A DNA stretch of 64,000 nt from Candidatus Hydrothermarchaeales archaeon. GTDB lineage: Archaea; Hydrothermarchaeota; Hydrothermarchaeia; Hydrothermarchaeales; JAZGAD01. Each line of letters opens with the position of its first letter. Position 1 is the stretch's first letter. Below are positions 1-10,853 of the stretch, one piece after another. The notes beneath the pieces are model-generated. The model was not told the origin of the DNA. It was given only the letters and a program-made list of their open reading frames with translations, and did no database searches. Both the position numbers and the translations under genes were made by a program. The stretch is taken from positions 5,068-69,067 of the forward strand of contig JAZGAD010000010.1 of the NCBI GenBank assembly GCA_036444275.1, written 5' to 3'.

Positions 1-233
1 TATTCTTTAAGGGACTTGCCTCCAACTGTTATACCTTCCTCGATTACTAGTTTGGTTTCGGAGAGGGTGAGTGTATTTCCCTCGATGGCGTTAGAATGGT
101 AGGTGTGATGCAACCTGAATTCTTCTTGCAATCTTTTTAGCGCATCTTTAGGGAGGGGTCTCCTGGCATCAAGCTGCTCCTTCTTTTTTTCGATCCTCTC
201 CAGTAGGACTACATTAATATCGGTATCGGCCAT
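1..233 (-). CDS. Fic/DOC family protein, N-terminal part (3' end lies outside the window)
   Basis: Minus-strand ATG at ~233 translates MADTDINVVLLERIEKKKEQLDARRPLPKDALKRLQEEFRLHHTYHSNAIEGNTLTLSETKLVIEEGITVGGKSLKE. The HxxYHSNAIEGNTLTL block is the conserved N-terminal region of Fic proteins. The ORF is absent from the track because it runs off the window edge. Confidence 0.55.
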   Translation of the reverse strand, partial: MADTDINVVLLERIEKKKEQLDARRPLPKDALKRLQEEFRLHHTYHSNAIEGNTLTLSETKLVIEEGITVGGKSLKE

Positions 234-291
234 ATTTTAGAAGAACCGATATTAACATCTGCAGAGCTCCTGCAAACAAAAAATTAAAAAG

Positions 292-365
292 AGCCGCCGG
301 TGGGATTCGAGCCCACGACATCCTGTTTACGAGACAGGCACTCTAGCCAGCTGAGTTACGGCGGC
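292..365 (-). tRNA. tRNA-Thr (anticodon CGU)
   Basis: The reverse complement folds as a canonical cloverleaf. Acceptor stem is GCCGCCG/CGGCGGC. D-arm is ACTC-AGCTGGCTA-GAGT. Anticodon stem is CCTGT/ACAGG with loop CTCGTAA. T-arm is GTGGG-CTCGAAT-CCCAC. The discriminator is U and no CCA is encoded. Coordinates +/-2. Confidence 0.8.
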
Positions 366-424
366 AGCATCAACTCAATCATATCTTACCTCATAATTTT
401 AAATAACTTAGCCCCCTACTCTAA

Positions 425-1690
425 TTGATGCTTCTTAAGAACTGTAAAATCATTACTGCCAAAGATATCATTTCAGCCAATATTCTCATCGAAGATGGAA
501 AGATAGTAAAGATCGGGCGAGGGTTGAAGGATAAAGAGGTAATAAATGTAAAGGGCAAGCCTGTTATTCCTGGCCTGGTCGACGTGCATGTGCATATGCG
601 TGACTTCCAGCAGCGTTACAAGGAGGATTTCTTTTCAGGTAGTAAAGCAGCCCTAGCAGGAGGCGTTACAACCTTCGTGGACATGCCTAATACGCTTCCC
701 CCGATAACAGACGAGAGGACCTTCCAACGTAGATTGAAGGAGGCAGGTGCAAAATCCGTTGCTGACTTCGGCATAAACTTCGGAATCACCTCTGCTAACT
801 TGGATGAGATGGAAAAAGTAGACCCAGTAGCATACAAGATCTACATGGATCGAACTCTAGGCGAGATAGGCGACGAAGTACTGGAGGAGGCCATGAGTAG
901 ATGCAATGGAAAGATGGCCTTCCACGCTGAAGAGGGTGCAATGATTCCTGACAAGCTCTTGGAGGAATTTCTGGATCATGCGAGAGTTAGAGGCCCGGAA
1001 GTAGAAGAAGCAGCGGTCAGAAAGACCAGCGAGCTAGCAAAGAGTATGAAGAGGCAGGTGCACCTATGCCATCTATCGCTGGGCAGCTCTCTTGAGTATC
1101 TCAACGAGTACACCACCTGCGAGGTCACGCCTCATCACCTCTTCCTCACGGAGGCATGCCTAAAAGAGATGGAGGGACTGGCAAAGACGAACCCACCCTT
1201 AAGAAGCGAGAAGGATGTGAAGACGCTGCTAGTTGCGTTGAAAGAGGGGAAAATAGACATCGTCGCCAGCGACCATGCACCCCACGAAGCGTCAGAGAAA
1301 GAAGCCGGTCCTGCTGAGGCGCCTCCGGGTGCCCCCAACTTGGAGGTGATGCTGAGGCTCCTATTAACACTGGTGAACAAGAGGGTTATAACCATAAATC
1401 GACTGGTTGAGGTTGCATGCGAAAACCCTGCTGAGATATTTGGCATCAAAAAGGGCAGAATAGAGGTTGGAATGGATGCAGATCTTGTCGTCTTGAACTT
1501 GAAGGCGAGAGGCAGAATCGAGGGAGACGAGTTCTTCTCAAAGGCGAAGTACACTCCATTCGAGGGTTGGAAAGTGACAGGCAATGTAGAGAAGGTGATT
1601 CTCCGCGGGGAGGTGGCCTACGAGGACGGGGATATATGCGTGAAAAGGGGCTATGGGGAACCAGTAACTAAAGAAGATAGGATAAAATAA
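425..1690 (+). CDS. pyrC: dihydroorotase (cyclic amidohydrolase)
   Basis: The metal-binding motifs GLVDVHVHMRD and SDHAPH fit class I dihydroorotase. Confidence 0.7.
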   Translation: MMLLKNCKIITAKDIISANILIEDGKIVKIGRGLKDKEVINVKGKPVIPGLVDVHVHMRDFQQRYKEDFFSGSKAALAGGVTTFVDMPNTLPPITDERTFQRRLKEAGAKSVADFGINFGITSANLDEMEKVDPVAYKIYMDRTLGEIGDEVLEEAMSRCNGKMAFHAEEGAMIPDKLLEEFLDHARVRGPEVEEAAVRKTSELAKSMKRQVHLCHLSLGSSLEYLNEYTTCEVTPHHLFLTEACLKEMEGLAKTNPPLRSEKDVKTLLVALKEGKIDIVASDHAPHEASEKEAGPAEAPPGAPNLEVMLRLLLTLVNKRVITINRLVEVACENPAEIFGIKKGRIEVGMDADLVVLNLKARGRIEGDEFFSKAKYTPFEGWKVTGNVEKVILRGEVAYEDGDICVKRGYGEPVTKEDRIK

Positions 1691-1756
1691 GATAACGAAA
1701 CGGCGAACTATTTACGACACGTTATATTTTTGTAGTATGTGTGGAAAGAGGAAGGC

Positions 1757-1909
1757 ATGGAATACGAATATTCAATTATAAACATGGTTGCCATGAAGGA
1801 GAAAGGAATGATAGCTCAAGAGGGCCTCCTAAACAAGGCTGGAAAGGAGGGCTGGGAGCTGGCTGGCATTGATGGCGAACTCTACATATTCAAGCGAAAA
1901 TTAGAATAG
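1757..1909 (+). CDS. small hypothetical protein (50 aa, DUF4177-like C-terminal GWELAGIDGELYIFKR)
   Basis: ATG at 1757 follows a GGAAAGAGGAAGG RBS-like stretch. It is intergenic between pyrC and the histone gene and is not in the track (<60 aa). Confidence 0.35.
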   Translation: MEYEYSIINMVAMKEKGMIAQEGLLNKAGKEGWELAGIDGELYIFKRKLE

Positions 1910-1968
1910 CACTGTGATACTATTCTCCCCTCCCAGAACCTGAAGTCAAACAGCTTAATTTAATTTAA

Positions 1969-2175
1969 TTAAAACTTCTTCTTAGCCAGTTTCACGTCCA
2001 CAGCTTTTACAGTTTTCCTTCCAGCATGCCTGGCGTAGTCCCCTGCTTCTTTAGAGATCTGTGCTCCGATTTCTTCTAGAACAGAAGCCATCTCTTGAGC
2101 TGCATCGTTTCCAACTCTCAATCCAGTGGCATCCCTTATTATCCTATCTGCTGCTGCTAATGGTACATCTCCCAT
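1969..2175 (-). CDS. archaeal histone (HMf family)
   Basis: The 68 aa product has a histone-fold sequence (PLAAADRIIRDATGLRVGNDAAQEMASVLEEIGAQISKEAGDYARHAGRKTVKAVDVKLA). Confidence 0.85.
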   Translation of the reverse strand: MGDVPLAAADRIIRDATGLRVGNDAAQEMASVLEEIGAQISKEAGDYARHAGRKTVKAVDVKLAKKKF

Positions 2176-2232
2176 ATATCATCACCGCATCTACCTTCAT
2201 CCTGCTCTAATATAAAGTTTTCGAATCCAAAA
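2176..2232 (-). promoter_or_regulatory. putative archaeal promoter with TATA box (TTTATATTA) upstream of the histone gene
   Basis: The minus-strand sequence upstream of the ATG reads AAAACTTTATATTAGAGCAGG about 30 nt from the start codon. No BRE/TSS mapping is possible from sequence alone. Confidence 0.3.
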
Positions 2233-3108
2233 CTAGCTGATTTTCAGGGTTCTAACCAATTTTTCGGCTGGGACAATATTCAGGTTCAAACCAAGTCTCC
2301 TCGGGTCAATGCCGAAGGCTAGGCCCATAAGTTGTGTGAAATAGACTACTGGCATGTTTATTTTCTCATTATAAGCCTTCTCTATGTCCATCTGCTTTGC
2401 GTCTAGGGTCATGTTGCACTGTGGGCAAGGTGTGGCTATGCAGTCAGCACCCAGTGCCTTGGCCTTGCTCAAGAGGTCGTAGCTCAGCTTCAACATTACC
2501 TCCTCATTGGTCACTATTATAGTGCCTCCGCAACACTTCGTCTTCATATCCCAATCTACTACCTCAGCTCCAAGTGCTGAGAGCAACTTATCCATGGACG
2601 TGGGATTTTCAGGGCTGTCGAACTGCTCTTTCCTAGGTGGCCTAAGGAGGAAGCAACCGTAGTAGGGGATGACCTTCAAGTTAAGTGGGTTGGTAACCAT
2701 TGAAGAGATCTTCTCCAGTCCGATGTCATTCACAAGGATATCAAGGATGTGCTTTACTTGGGTTGTACCCTTGTATTCCAAGCCGGTTCCTTCAAAGGCG
2801 CGGTTGATGTTGTTCTTAAGCTCTGGGTCTTCGGAGGTGGACTCGCCTACCTTCCAGAGGTTATAGTAGCATACTGGACAGGGCGTGGTGATGTCTAAGC
2901 CTTCTTTCTCAGCTATAGCAAGGTTTCTAGCAGGCAGAGCGAAAGAGAGCAGGTGATTAATATTATACACCGCAGAGGCACCGCAACAGCTCCAGTCATC
3001 GAGCTCCACAAGTTCTACACCCAGCGCTTTGAATACCTCTCTCGTAGATATGTCGTATTCCTTGGCAGAGGAAGGTAATACGCAGCCTGGATAATAGCCG
3101 AACTTCAT
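2233..3108 (-). CDS. hdrB: heterodisulfide reductase subunit B-like protein (two CCG domains)
   Basis: N-terminal YYPGC, WSCCGAS, CPVCY, KCCGG and PCPQC motifs are typical Cys-rich CCG domains. The 4-nt overlap with upstream hdrC gives the classical hdrC-hdrB order. Confidence 0.75.
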   Translation of the reverse strand: MKFGYYPGCVLPSSAKEYDISTREVFKALGVELVELDDWSCCGASAVYNINHLLSFALPARNLAIAEKEGLDITTPCPVCYYNLWKVGESTSEDPELKNNINRAFEGTGLEYKGTTQVKHILDILVNDIGLEKISSMVTNPLNLKVIPYYGCFLLRPPRKEQFDSPENPTSMDKLLSALGAEVVDWDMKTKCCGGTIIVTNEEVMLKLSYDLLSKAKALGADCIATPCPQCNMTLDAKQMDIEKAYNEKINMPVVYFTQLMGLAFGIDPRRLGLNLNIVPAEKLVRTLKIS

Positions 3109-3758
3109 TTCTCGGCCTCCATCTCTATTTTCCGCACGTTTTCAGATATCCTCTGCAATTGAGCTATGCCCTTGATTTTGTGTGGCATGATCTCCATCTT
3201 ACCCTTCTTGATCAGCTTCAGTCCTAGGGGCATGTCCTTCATTAACCGTTTTATCGTGCCTATCACTGCACCTATAGCTAACGCTGGATTGAAGATTTTT
3301 CTCCAAGTGAATTTCGTTGGCGTAGGCCAGAATTCACTCCGCAGAACGAATTTAAGCATGAGCATTGCTTCAAACAGCCTTCCATTCCCCTTGGCGATCT
3401 CAGTGAAAGACATATAGAAGGCTGGCCCCATCGGATTCTTGGGGGGAACCCCCTCTTTTATCGCTATGGATTTTATGGCACTCATTATGTGGGAGAGCTC
3501 CACACCCCTAGGGCACCTAGTGGTGCAAGTCTGGCAGGCTGCACATGTCCAGATGGTACCACTCTGTAGTACTTCTTTACGCATCCCCAGCTCCACCATG
3601 CGGAGGGTCTGCCTTGGGGTGTAGTCCATAGCATATGCAACTGGACAGCCGCCGCTGCAAGTGCCACACTCAAAACATACCTGAGCGTTCTTGCCCCCCG
3701 CCTTGATCACTTCTTGGATAAAGTTAGGGTCACAGTCTTTCAATAGCACCTGTTCCAA
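3105..3758 (-). CDS. hdrC: heterodisulfide reductase subunit C-like 4Fe-4S ferredoxin
   Basis: Two CxxCxxCxxxCP-type clusters (CFECGTCSGGCP, CAACQTCTTRCP) and a 217 aa length. Confidence 0.7.
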   Translation of the reverse strand: MEQVLLKDCDPNFIQEVIKAGGKNAQVCFECGTCSGGCPVAYAMDYTPRQTLRMVELGMRKEVLQSGTIWTCAACQTCTTRCPRGVELSHIMSAIKSIAIKEGVPPKNPMGPAFYMSFTEIAKGNGRLFEAMLMLKFVLRSEFWPTPTKFTWRKIFNPALAIGAVIGTIKRLMKDMPLGLKLIKKGKMEIMPHKIKGIAQLQRISENVRKIEMEAEK

Positions 3759-3899
3759 GGACGGTCCTCCTTTTGGAGATTTAGAGGAATTTTGTCATTT
3801 GAAATACTTATTGAAAAGCAAGAAATTAGTGTATGAACCGGCGCCGCTGACTTACTATTAAGCGGTAATGGATCATACTGGGTATTCTCAACTCCCGGA

Positions 3900-4373
3900 T
3901 TGGCAACTCCAAATTCAAAAATAATAAATACTCCCTCTTATAAACTAAAGATAATGATTAAAGCTTTTAACATCATGACTAAGGATGTTGTTTCTGTATC
4001 CTCAAATATTTCTCCAAAGGAGGCAGCTTCACTCATGCTGGAAAAAGGAGTAGGTAGCTTAATCGTAGAGAAAGGGGGAAAGACTGCCGGGGTAGTCACA
4101 AATAGGGACTTCGTCAAGCTCACAGCAGTGGACGAGGAGGCAAGCCGGGTAGGGGATATAATGTCTACCCCCGCTATAAAGGTGCATGCAGACTCAGAAC
4201 TCATAGAGGTCCTAAAGGTGATGGCGAATAAGAAGATCAAACACGTTTTAGTCGCAGATGGAAGCCAGATTATGGGCGTTATAACCCTAAAAGACCTGGT
4301 TGTCAGTGCCCCGGAGTTCATCCTTAGCTACGTCATGGAGAAGCTCACAGACTTTGATATCCCTCAGCTTTAG
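3900..4373 (+). CDS. CBS domain pair protein
   Basis: Two CBS-type motifs (IMTKDVVSV..., IMSTPAIKV..., HVLVADGSQIMGVITLKDL). Confidence 0.7.
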   Translation: MATPNSKIINTPSYKLKIMIKAFNIMTKDVVSVSSNISPKEAASLMLEKGVGSLIVEKGGKTAGVVTNRDFVKLTAVDEEASRVGDIMSTPAIKVHADSELIEVLKVMANKKIKHVLVADGSQIMGVITLKDLVVSAPEFILSYVMEKLTDFDIPQL

Positions 4374-4621
4374 TATTACTCTAGGAACTTTTTCATATCC
4401 ACACTAAATTGCAATGCACATTACATGCAGAGCAGAAGACCTGAAGATGGGTATAATTGCTGGCACTAGCGAACCAGCGGCAAAAGGTTTAAATCATACC
4501 GCGGAAGAGGTTATGCGGGAACTGGAAGGAAGAGGCATCGAGATAATACGGCGTTGAGGCTCAAAGAGAGCACTAAAAATGAGGTAATTCTGGTAGGCAG
4601 ATACCTAGTGGAGGATTAGCA

Positions 4622-4972
4622 ATGGATGTAAGGACCAGCTTCGTGATAGCTATTGGGATACTGCTTTTCACGATGTACTACCTAGAGAAAGAAATGGAGA
4701 AGGAGCAGATATTTTGGCTCTTCTCAGGATTAGGAGTTGCTTTTGGACTGGCTTCTGTTTACACAGTGGCAAAAAATATAGCCTCTTATGAGAACTACAT
4801 AACATTCGCCGTTCTCTTCGTCTTGATGGCCATCTTCTATTACGAGGGGGAAGAGGAAAAAGGAGAGGCAAAGGCTAAGGAAGCTGAAGAGGCAGAGGGT
4901 AAGCATAAAGGTAAGCATAAAGGTAAGCATAAGCGCAGGAAGGCGGGCAAGAAAAAGTGGTCCCATGTATAG
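4622..4972 (+). CDS. small membrane protein with a charged C-terminal tail carrying three KGKH repeats
   Basis: Three hydrophobic segments precede an E/K-rich tail. A 12-bp tandem repeat ggtaagcataaa x3 at ~4899-4934 encodes [12 protein letters not shown]. The ORF overlaps the pheS start by 8 nt. Confidence 0.4.
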   Translation: MDVRTSFVIAIGILLFTMYYLEKEMEKEQIFWLFSGLGVAFGLASVYTVAKNIASYENYITFAVLFVLMAIFYYEGEEEKGEAKAKEAEEAEGKHKGKHKGKHKRRKAGKKKWSHV

Positions 4973-6209
4973 GCTCACCGAAGAAGGCTGCAAGTACCTA
5001 AGGGAAGGTCTTCCCGAAAAAAGACTCGCCCTCCTCTTAAAGGAACCCTTAGAGCTAAGAGAAGCTCAGGAGAAGATAGATAATTTCTCTATAGCACTGC
5101 AGTGGTGCAAGAAGAAGGGCTGGGTGCGATTAGAAGAGGGGAAGCTTCACCTAGTTAAAGAGCTTGAAGTAATTCCTGAGGAAGATGCTCTGAAGCAGGT
5201 CCACGAAGGGGGCGAGGTAGGGGAAGAAGTGCTTTCCATCCTTCTAAGTAGGGGTTTGGTGGAGGAAGTAAGAGAGGACATGCTAAAGAGGGCAAAGAAG
5301 CTGGTTGGCAAAGAAATCACCATACTGCCCGAGGAGCTCATAAGGACCGGTTTGTGGAACAAGGTAAAGTTCAAGCCCTATAATGTGGAGGTGCCCGGAA
5401 AGCGCATCTACTCCGGGAAGAGGCAACCCTATCAACACTTCATTGGAAAGATAAAGAGAAAGCTTGTTGAGCTAGGCTTCAAGGAGATGGCTGGACCGCT
5501 GGTGGAGACTGAATTCTGGAACTTCGACGCACTATACCAGCCTCAGAACCACCCAGCACGGGACTGGACGAGTACCTACCAGCTTAAGTTTCCAAAGCAG
5601 GGAGCACTTCCAAGCGGGGAGGTGGTAGAACGCGTAAAGGCTACCCACGAAGATGGATGGACAACAGGTTCAACGGGATGGAGATATAGATGGGATCCGG
5701 CAAAGGCCATGCGCCTCATGCCCAGAGCTCATGGGACTTGCCTATCTGCTAGGACCCTTGCTTCTGAACCAGAGATCCCTGGGAAGTACTTCGCCATAGC
5801 ACGCTGCTATCGTCCAGATATGCTTGACGCTACACACCTCATCGAGTTTAACCAGATTGAAGGTATAGTGATCGACGAGTCTTTGAACATGAAAAACCTC
5901 CTAGGCATCTTGGAGATCTTCGCAAAAGAAATAGCAGGGGCAGAGAAAGTCAAATTCTTCCCTGATTACTATCCCTTTACTGAACCCTCAGTGCAACTGT
6001 CTGCTCTGCACCCAGAGTTGGGTTGGATGGAGTTCGGTGGCTCGGGCATATTTAGAGAGGAATTAACTAAGCCACTCGGTGTTAGCGTACCTGTGATAGC
6101 TTGGGGTATAGGCATAGATCGCCTGGCCATGTTCAAGCTTGGGATAAAGGACATACGCGATCTCTTCACTCAGGATTTAAAGTGGCTTAGGGAGAGCAAG
6201 GTGGTATAA
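4965..6209 (+). CDS. pheS: phenylalanine--tRNA ligase alpha subunit (archaeal type)
   Basis: Class II aaRS core motifs ([16 protein letters not shown]) and an archaeal-type N-terminal domain. The ORF is immediately followed by pheT. Confidence 0.9.
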   Translation: MYRLTEEGCKYLREGLPEKRLALLLKEPLELREAQEKIDNFSIALQWCKKKGWVRLEEGKLHLVKELEVIPEEDALKQVHEGGEVGEEVLSILLSRGLVEEVREDMLKRAKKLVGKEITILPEELIRTGLWNKVKFKPYNVEVPGKRIYSGKRQPYQHFIGKIKRKLVELGFKEMAGPLVETEFWNFDALYQPQNHPARDWTSTYQLKFPKQGALPSGEVVERVKATHEDGWTTGSTGWRYRWDPAKAMRLMPRAHGTCLSARTLASEPEIPGKYFAIARCYRPDMLDATHLIEFNQIEGIVIDESLNMKNLLGILEIFAKEIAGAEKVKFFPDYYPFTEPSVQLSALHPELGWMEFGGSGIFREELTKPLGVSVPVIAWGIGIDRLAMFKLGIKDIRDLFTQDLKWLRESKVV

Positions 6210-7874
6210 GTGCCCAAAGTGGAATTTTCTCTTCAAGACCTGAATGAATTGCTAAAGGAGCTTTCACCCAGTGAATTGGAAGAGAGGGGGATCCTCTTCG
6301 CCAAGGGCGAAATAGAGTCGCTGGAGGGCAACCTGGTCAAGGTGGACATCAAGGATACCAACCGCCCTGATCTCTGGAGCGTTGAGGGCATAGCCAGGGA
6401 GCTTAGGGGGCACTACGGCATAGAAAAAGGTCTCCCTGTGTTCGAGGTAAGGAGTTCAGGCATAGAGATGCGCATCGATAGGAAGGTGGAAAGGGTCAGG
6501 CCCAAGGCTGTTGCTGCTGTTGTCAAGGGGCTCAGCTTCAATGATGATAGCATAAAGCAGATGATACAGCTGCAGGAGAAGGTCACTCAGAACTATGGGC
6601 GGAATAGGAGCCTAGTCGCTATAGGCGTTTATGATTGGGCTACACTCAAGCCGCCTATCAGGTACACGACTGTCGCACCAGATGCTATACGTTTCATGCC
6701 TCTAGACTTTGAGGAAGAGCTCACCCCCAGGGAGATCCTTGAGAGGCACCCGAAGGGCAGAGAATTTGGACATTTGATAGAAGGATTCGAGGAATATCCC
6801 TTGATGATTGATTCTGAGGACAACGTGCTCTCAATACCGCCTATAATAAACTCTGCCTACACGGGCAAGGTAACAGAGGCAACGAGAGACGTGTTCATAG
6901 AGGTTACGGGTCACGAAGTAGATAGGATATCTGTAGCACTAAACATACTGGTGGCTGCCCTATCGGATAGAGGCGGCAGAATAGAGAGTGTTGAGGTAGT
7001 ATACCCAGAGACGAGGATCGTCACCCCGGATTTCACCCCTGGGAAGATAACCCTGGATACAGAGGAGTGCAGGAGGATACTGGGGTTAGAGCTGGAGCAG
7101 GAGGAAATGATAGAGCTCTTGGAGAGGGCGCGGTATAGAGCAGTAATAAAGGACGGCAATATCGTAGTGGAATATCCAGGCTACCGTAGGGATATAATGC
7201 ACCAGCGCGACGTGATGGAGGACATAGCGATCGCCTATGACTTGAACCGTATACCGCCAGAGCCACCTGAGCTGAGCACTACCGGTAAAGTAAATGAGAA
7301 GGAGGATTTTGCAGACTTGCTAAGGGTGCTTATGGTCGGCTTGGGCTTTCAGGAAGTACTCACTTTTTCTTTGACCAGTAAAGAGAACCTGTTTGAGAGG
7401 ATGAATGTCGCAGAGGATAGGGTGTGCGAGATAGCGAATCCCATTAGCTCTACTTGGACTGCTTTACGAAACTGGCTCCTCCCAAGCGTTGTGGAATTCT
7501 TAGCCAATAACCTGCACGTGGAGTATCCCCAGTGCGTCTTCGAGGTGGGCGACATAGTAGAGATAGACGAAGGCGAGGAGACGAGGACGAGGAACGTAAA
7601 GAAATTAGCTTGCGCCATAACATCTGGAGAAGCAGGCTATGAGGAGGCATCATCAGTGCTGGATGCTCTTTTTAGAAATCTCGGCTTGGACTACGTGCTG
7701 AAGAGATCAAAGCACGGGAGCTTCATCTCTGGAAGGGTTGCTGAAATCTTCCTGGAGAAAGAGTCCATTGGGATTATAGGAGAGATCCATCCGCAGGTGC
7801 TGAATAACTGGGGCTTGGAAAAACCTGTAGTTGCTTTTGAGTTGAGCTTGGAGCCTTTGATGAAGAGGTTCTGA
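6210..7874 (+). CDS. pheT: phenylalanine--tRNA ligase beta subunit (archaeal type)
   Basis: B3/B4 and B5 domains, 554 aa, with a 1-nt gap after pheS. Confidence 0.9.
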   Translation: MPKVEFSLQDLNELLKELSPSELEERGILFAKGEIESLEGNLVKVDIKDTNRPDLWSVEGIARELRGHYGIEKGLPVFEVRSSGIEMRIDRKVERVRPKAVAAVVKGLSFNDDSIKQMIQLQEKVTQNYGRNRSLVAIGVYDWATLKPPIRYTTVAPDAIRFMPLDFEEELTPREILERHPKGREFGHLIEGFEEYPLMIDSEDNVLSIPPIINSAYTGKVTEATRDVFIEVTGHEVDRISVALNILVAALSDRGGRIESVEVVYPETRIVTPDFTPGKITLDTEECRRILGLELEQEEMIELLERARYRAVIKDGNIVVEYPGYRRDIMHQRDVMEDIAIAYDLNRIPPEPPELSTTGKVNEKEDFADLLRVLMVGLGFQEVLTFSLTSKENLFERMNVAEDRVCEIANPISSTWTALRNWLLPSVVEFLANNLHVEYPQCVFEVGDIVEIDEGEETRTRNVKKLACAITSGEAGYEEASSVLDALFRNLGLDYVLKRSKHGSFISGRVAEIFLEKESIGIIGEIHPQVLNNWGLEKPVVAFELSLEPLMKRF

Positions 7875-7934
7875 GAGTATGGTAGGCTTTGCTCTGCAAT
7901 AATTGCTCCATAAAGTCTTTAGCACCCTCTGAAT

Positions 7935-9191
7935 ATGCCAGACAAATACTTTTTTAATAACCATCTACTTAGTAGGCATATGGATTTTTACCAGGGCTTA
8001 GTGACCAATATCCACGACTTTGGGGGCGATATAGAGGCCAAAAGGAAGTGCCTAGTCGAGATGGCTGAGGAAAGGCCGATTTCCTTGGTGCTACCCATGC
8101 TCTACCGGGAGATAGAGGGCAAGGCCCTTCACAAGATCGTCAGGGACCTAAACACTTGCGACTACGTGAGCCAGGTGTTGATACCTCTAACTGCAAAGAA
8201 CAGTAGCGAATACAGAAATGTTCTAAAGTTCTTTGATCGTCTTAAGCTGCCGCACCTTGTGTTATGGTGCAATGGAAAGAGGGTCATGGGGGTACTAGAT
8301 AATCTCACAGAGGAGGGTATCGATGTGAGAAACATCCTTGGGAAAGGGAGAGATACGTGGATAGCTCTTGGCGTCGCCAGTCTAGATTCCTATGCCATAG
8401 CTCTTCACGACGCTGATATCCTCACGTATACCCCGGATTATCCTGTAAAGCTTCTCTATCCTATAATCGACCCTGATCTGGATTTCATCTTTAACAAGGC
8501 GTACTACGCTAGGATAGGTGACGGCGAGAGACGGATGTACGGACGCGTATTGAGGTTATTCCTTCTTCCACTCTTAAAGGCCCTTCAGAAGAAGGTACGA
8601 TACCAGTCGAGGTTTCTCAGATATCTGCGGTCCTTTAGGTATGCTCTATCTGGAGAATTCGCTCTCACCAGCGACCTGGCATTGAACATAAGCATTCCAG
8701 GAGATTGGGGCCTGGAAATAGGGATCCTCACTGAGGTGTATAGAAGTGCCGCTGTGAAGAGAATCTGTCAGACTGACCTGGGGTTCCATGAGCACAAACA
8801 CCAGAAGATAGGCACGTCGCCTAGTAGGGGCCTGCTCAAGATGGCAGGTGATATAGAAAAATCTCTACTGAGGTCGCTTACTGAAATGGAGGGTATAGAC
8901 ATATCCGAGGCATTCCTCCTCAGCCTTCAAGTCCTATACAGGCGCTTGGCCCAGGAGGACATCTACAGGTACAGTGCAGATGCACAGTTCAACGACATCA
9001 TGTACGACAGACACATGGAGGAGAGCGCTGTGGACACATTCAGCAATGCTATTCTAAAAGCTGGTCGGGAATACGTAAAGAACCCCTTCGGTACCATTGT
9101 CCCCAGCTGGATAAGGGTCACATCGGCTATGCCCGGAATTAGGAACCGGTTGAAGGAAGCTGCATTGGTAGATGCTGATAAACTTGGCTAG
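7935..9191 (+). CDS. GT-A fold glycosyltransferase, mannosyl-3-phosphoglycerate synthase-like (GT55-like, tentative)
   Basis: The 418 aa product has an HDADI (DxD-type) motif in a Rossmann-like context. Its size matches MpgS enzymes. The assignment is from memory of the family and is not alignment-verified. Confidence 0.4.
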   Translation: MPDKYFFNNHLLSRHMDFYQGLVTNIHDFGGDIEAKRKCLVEMAEERPISLVLPMLYREIEGKALHKIVRDLNTCDYVSQVLIPLTAKNSSEYRNVLKFFDRLKLPHLVLWCNGKRVMGVLDNLTEEGIDVRNILGKGRDTWIALGVASLDSYAIALHDADILTYTPDYPVKLLYPIIDPDLDFIFNKAYYARIGDGERRMYGRVLRLFLLPLLKALQKKVRYQSRFLRYLRSFRYALSGEFALTSDLALNISIPGDWGLEIGILTEVYRSAAVKRICQTDLGFHEHKHQKIGTSPSRGLLKMAGDIEKSLLRSLTEMEGIDISEAFLLSLQVLYRRLAQEDIYRYSADAQFNDIMYDRHMEESAVDTFSNAILKAGREYVKNPFGTIVPSWIRVTSAMPGIRNRLKEAALVDADKLG

Positions 9192-9309
9192 GGTCTTTTT
9201 CTATTATTTCATCACAGTTTTAACGAAATTGAGGGTAGTGAAGATAATTCCTATAAGAATAAAATGCATCCCAGATTATTTCATTTCTTTCCGCATCTAA
9301 AGTTGCGTG

Positions 9310-10461
9310 TTATACACTGTTGGGATTTTGGCTTCTTATTAGTTCTTCTGAAAGTTGAATGAACTCTTTTGCCATACGCTTCTTATCAAACATTTCTTCG
9401 ACTCTCTTTCTTCCATTCTCACCAAACTCTTTCGCAAGACTTTGATTGGAGAGAAGTTCAAGGATACGATCTGCTAACTCTACAGGCAACCTATCCTCAT
9501 TCCGATTAATTAAAAATCCTGTTTTGCTGTGAACTACAGACTCTACCATCCCACCAGAGCGTGTGACTATAACCGGATTCCCGCAGGCCATTCCCTCAAC
9601 CGGGCCAAGCCCGAATGGTTCGTTCCCAATGGTCGTGTAGATTAAAATATCACAAAGAGAAACGATTTTAGGAATATCGTGATGGGTATAATCACTTATA
9701 TGGATATTTTCTCCAAGATTGTTATCCTGAATAAATTTATCTATTTCCAAGTCATATCTTGCCAATTCGTCCATATCCTTAAAAATCCTCTTCTTCCGTC
9801 CAGTCAGGACCATTAGCGCTCGAGGAAATTTTTTTATTACGATGGGCATGGACTTAATTGCCGATAATATTCCTTTCCGGGGTAGAAATCTTGCATTGTT
9901 AAGAATTACTTCCCTGCCCTCAAAACCGTATTTTTTCTTTAATTTTTCCTTTTCTTCCTTTGTGCGAGGAGTAAATAGATCAAGATTTATGCCATGCATT
10001 ATTACAGTCCATTTATCGCTTGGGATATTAGGTTTTTTTGAACCCAATGAGTTCTTCATATACTTACTAATTGTAACAAGTCTATCCCAGGAAATTTTTT
10101 CAATTATTTGCCACATAATATCCATTGATCGATCTTTAAAGACATCATTATGGAGAACCAAATAGCAAGGGATGCCTCTTTCAGCGCATGCATCTTTTAA
10201 TGCTCTTGAGAGATCGTAGAAATCCATATGGAGGTTATGAGCCTGTACTAGATTTATTCCCTGATCGTCTAAAAATTTATCAAACATTTGTTTTGAGGTA
10301 TCATAAATATTTTCAAACCCTTCAATAATAGAGGGAACCATTTCATCAACGCGTATAACATTTACTCCCTCTACAACTTCAATGCTTGGAGTTCCTTCAC
10401 AGCTCCCGCAGAGAACATGCACCTCTGCTCCTTGTCTCACCATTTCTGGGCATATGGTCAA
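9310..10461 (-). CDS. glycosyltransferase family 4 (GT-B)
   Basis: C-terminal EPFGLGPVEGMACGNPVIVTRSGGMVE signature (E-x7-E region) of GT4 retaining glycosyltransferases. Confidence 0.8.
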   Translation of the reverse strand: MTICPEMVRQGAEVHVLCGSCEGTPSIEVVEGVNVIRVDEMVPSIIEGFENIYDTSKQMFDKFLDDQGINLVQAHNLHMDFYDLSRALKDACAERGIPCYLVLHNDVFKDRSMDIMWQIIEKISWDRLVTISKYMKNSLGSKKPNIPSDKWTVIMHGINLDLFTPRTKEEKEKLKKKYGFEGREVILNNARFLPRKGILSAIKSMPIVIKKFPRALMVLTGRKKRIFKDMDELARYDLEIDKFIQDNNLGENIHISDYTHHDIPKIVSLCDILIYTTIGNEPFGLGPVEGMACGNPVIVTRSGGMVESVVHSKTGFLINRNEDRLPVELADRILELLSNQSLAKEFGENGRKRVEEMFDKKRMAKEFIQLSEELIRSQNPNSV

Positions 10462-10853
10462 AAGATGCGTCTCAACTCCACCAATAACGGGAGGAAATGC
10501 CCAGTGAATAACCCCAACTTTTAATTTTATATTTTCTCAGCTCCAACGTTAGAGTACGTCACCGATTATTATGTTTATGACCTATATTATACCTTGGTAG
10601 GATGGGCTTCTCATATTTGGGGTGAAGGAGGCGTTGAGGAGCCTTGACATCAGAAGGAGCTACAAAGTCCTAAGGCACTGGATCCAGCGTCTTGGGGTCC
10701 TGCGCTAAAGGCTATTTCGAAAAGGGCGAGGCCAGCATAGCAGTGGCGAACGAGACCAAGTCAAGATAGACTGGAGGTGGTCAAAATCTAAAGTTGACAC
10801 CACCGAGATGATACCGAAAAGTTATATCTAAGGCCGCCTAGAGTCTAGAGTAT

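Noticed and set aside
616-1584. Antisense ORFs inside pyrC (616..837, 1135..1584, 1146..1370)
   Set aside because: They are fully embedded opposite a gene with clear dihydroorotase motifs. Their products are low-complexity, Ser/Pro/Ala-rich and have no recognisable domain. This is the typical shadow-ORF pattern.
4899-4934. 12-bp tandem repeat (ggtaagcataaa x3) considered as a CRISPR or mini-satellite
   Set aside because: There are only three units, they are in-frame within a coding tail (GKHK repeats), and there are no spacers. It is a coding tandem repeat, not CRISPR.
4668-4993. Minus-strand ORFs overlapping the KGKH-repeat membrane protein and the pheS start (4668..4871, 4730..4993)
   Set aside because: They are reverse-complement shadows of the repeat-containing sense ORF, and there is no independent support for them.
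9842-10165. 107-aa plus-strand ORF inside the GT4 gene
   Set aside because: It lies antisense to a well-supported GT4 coding region, and its product is hydrophobic, low-complexity junk.
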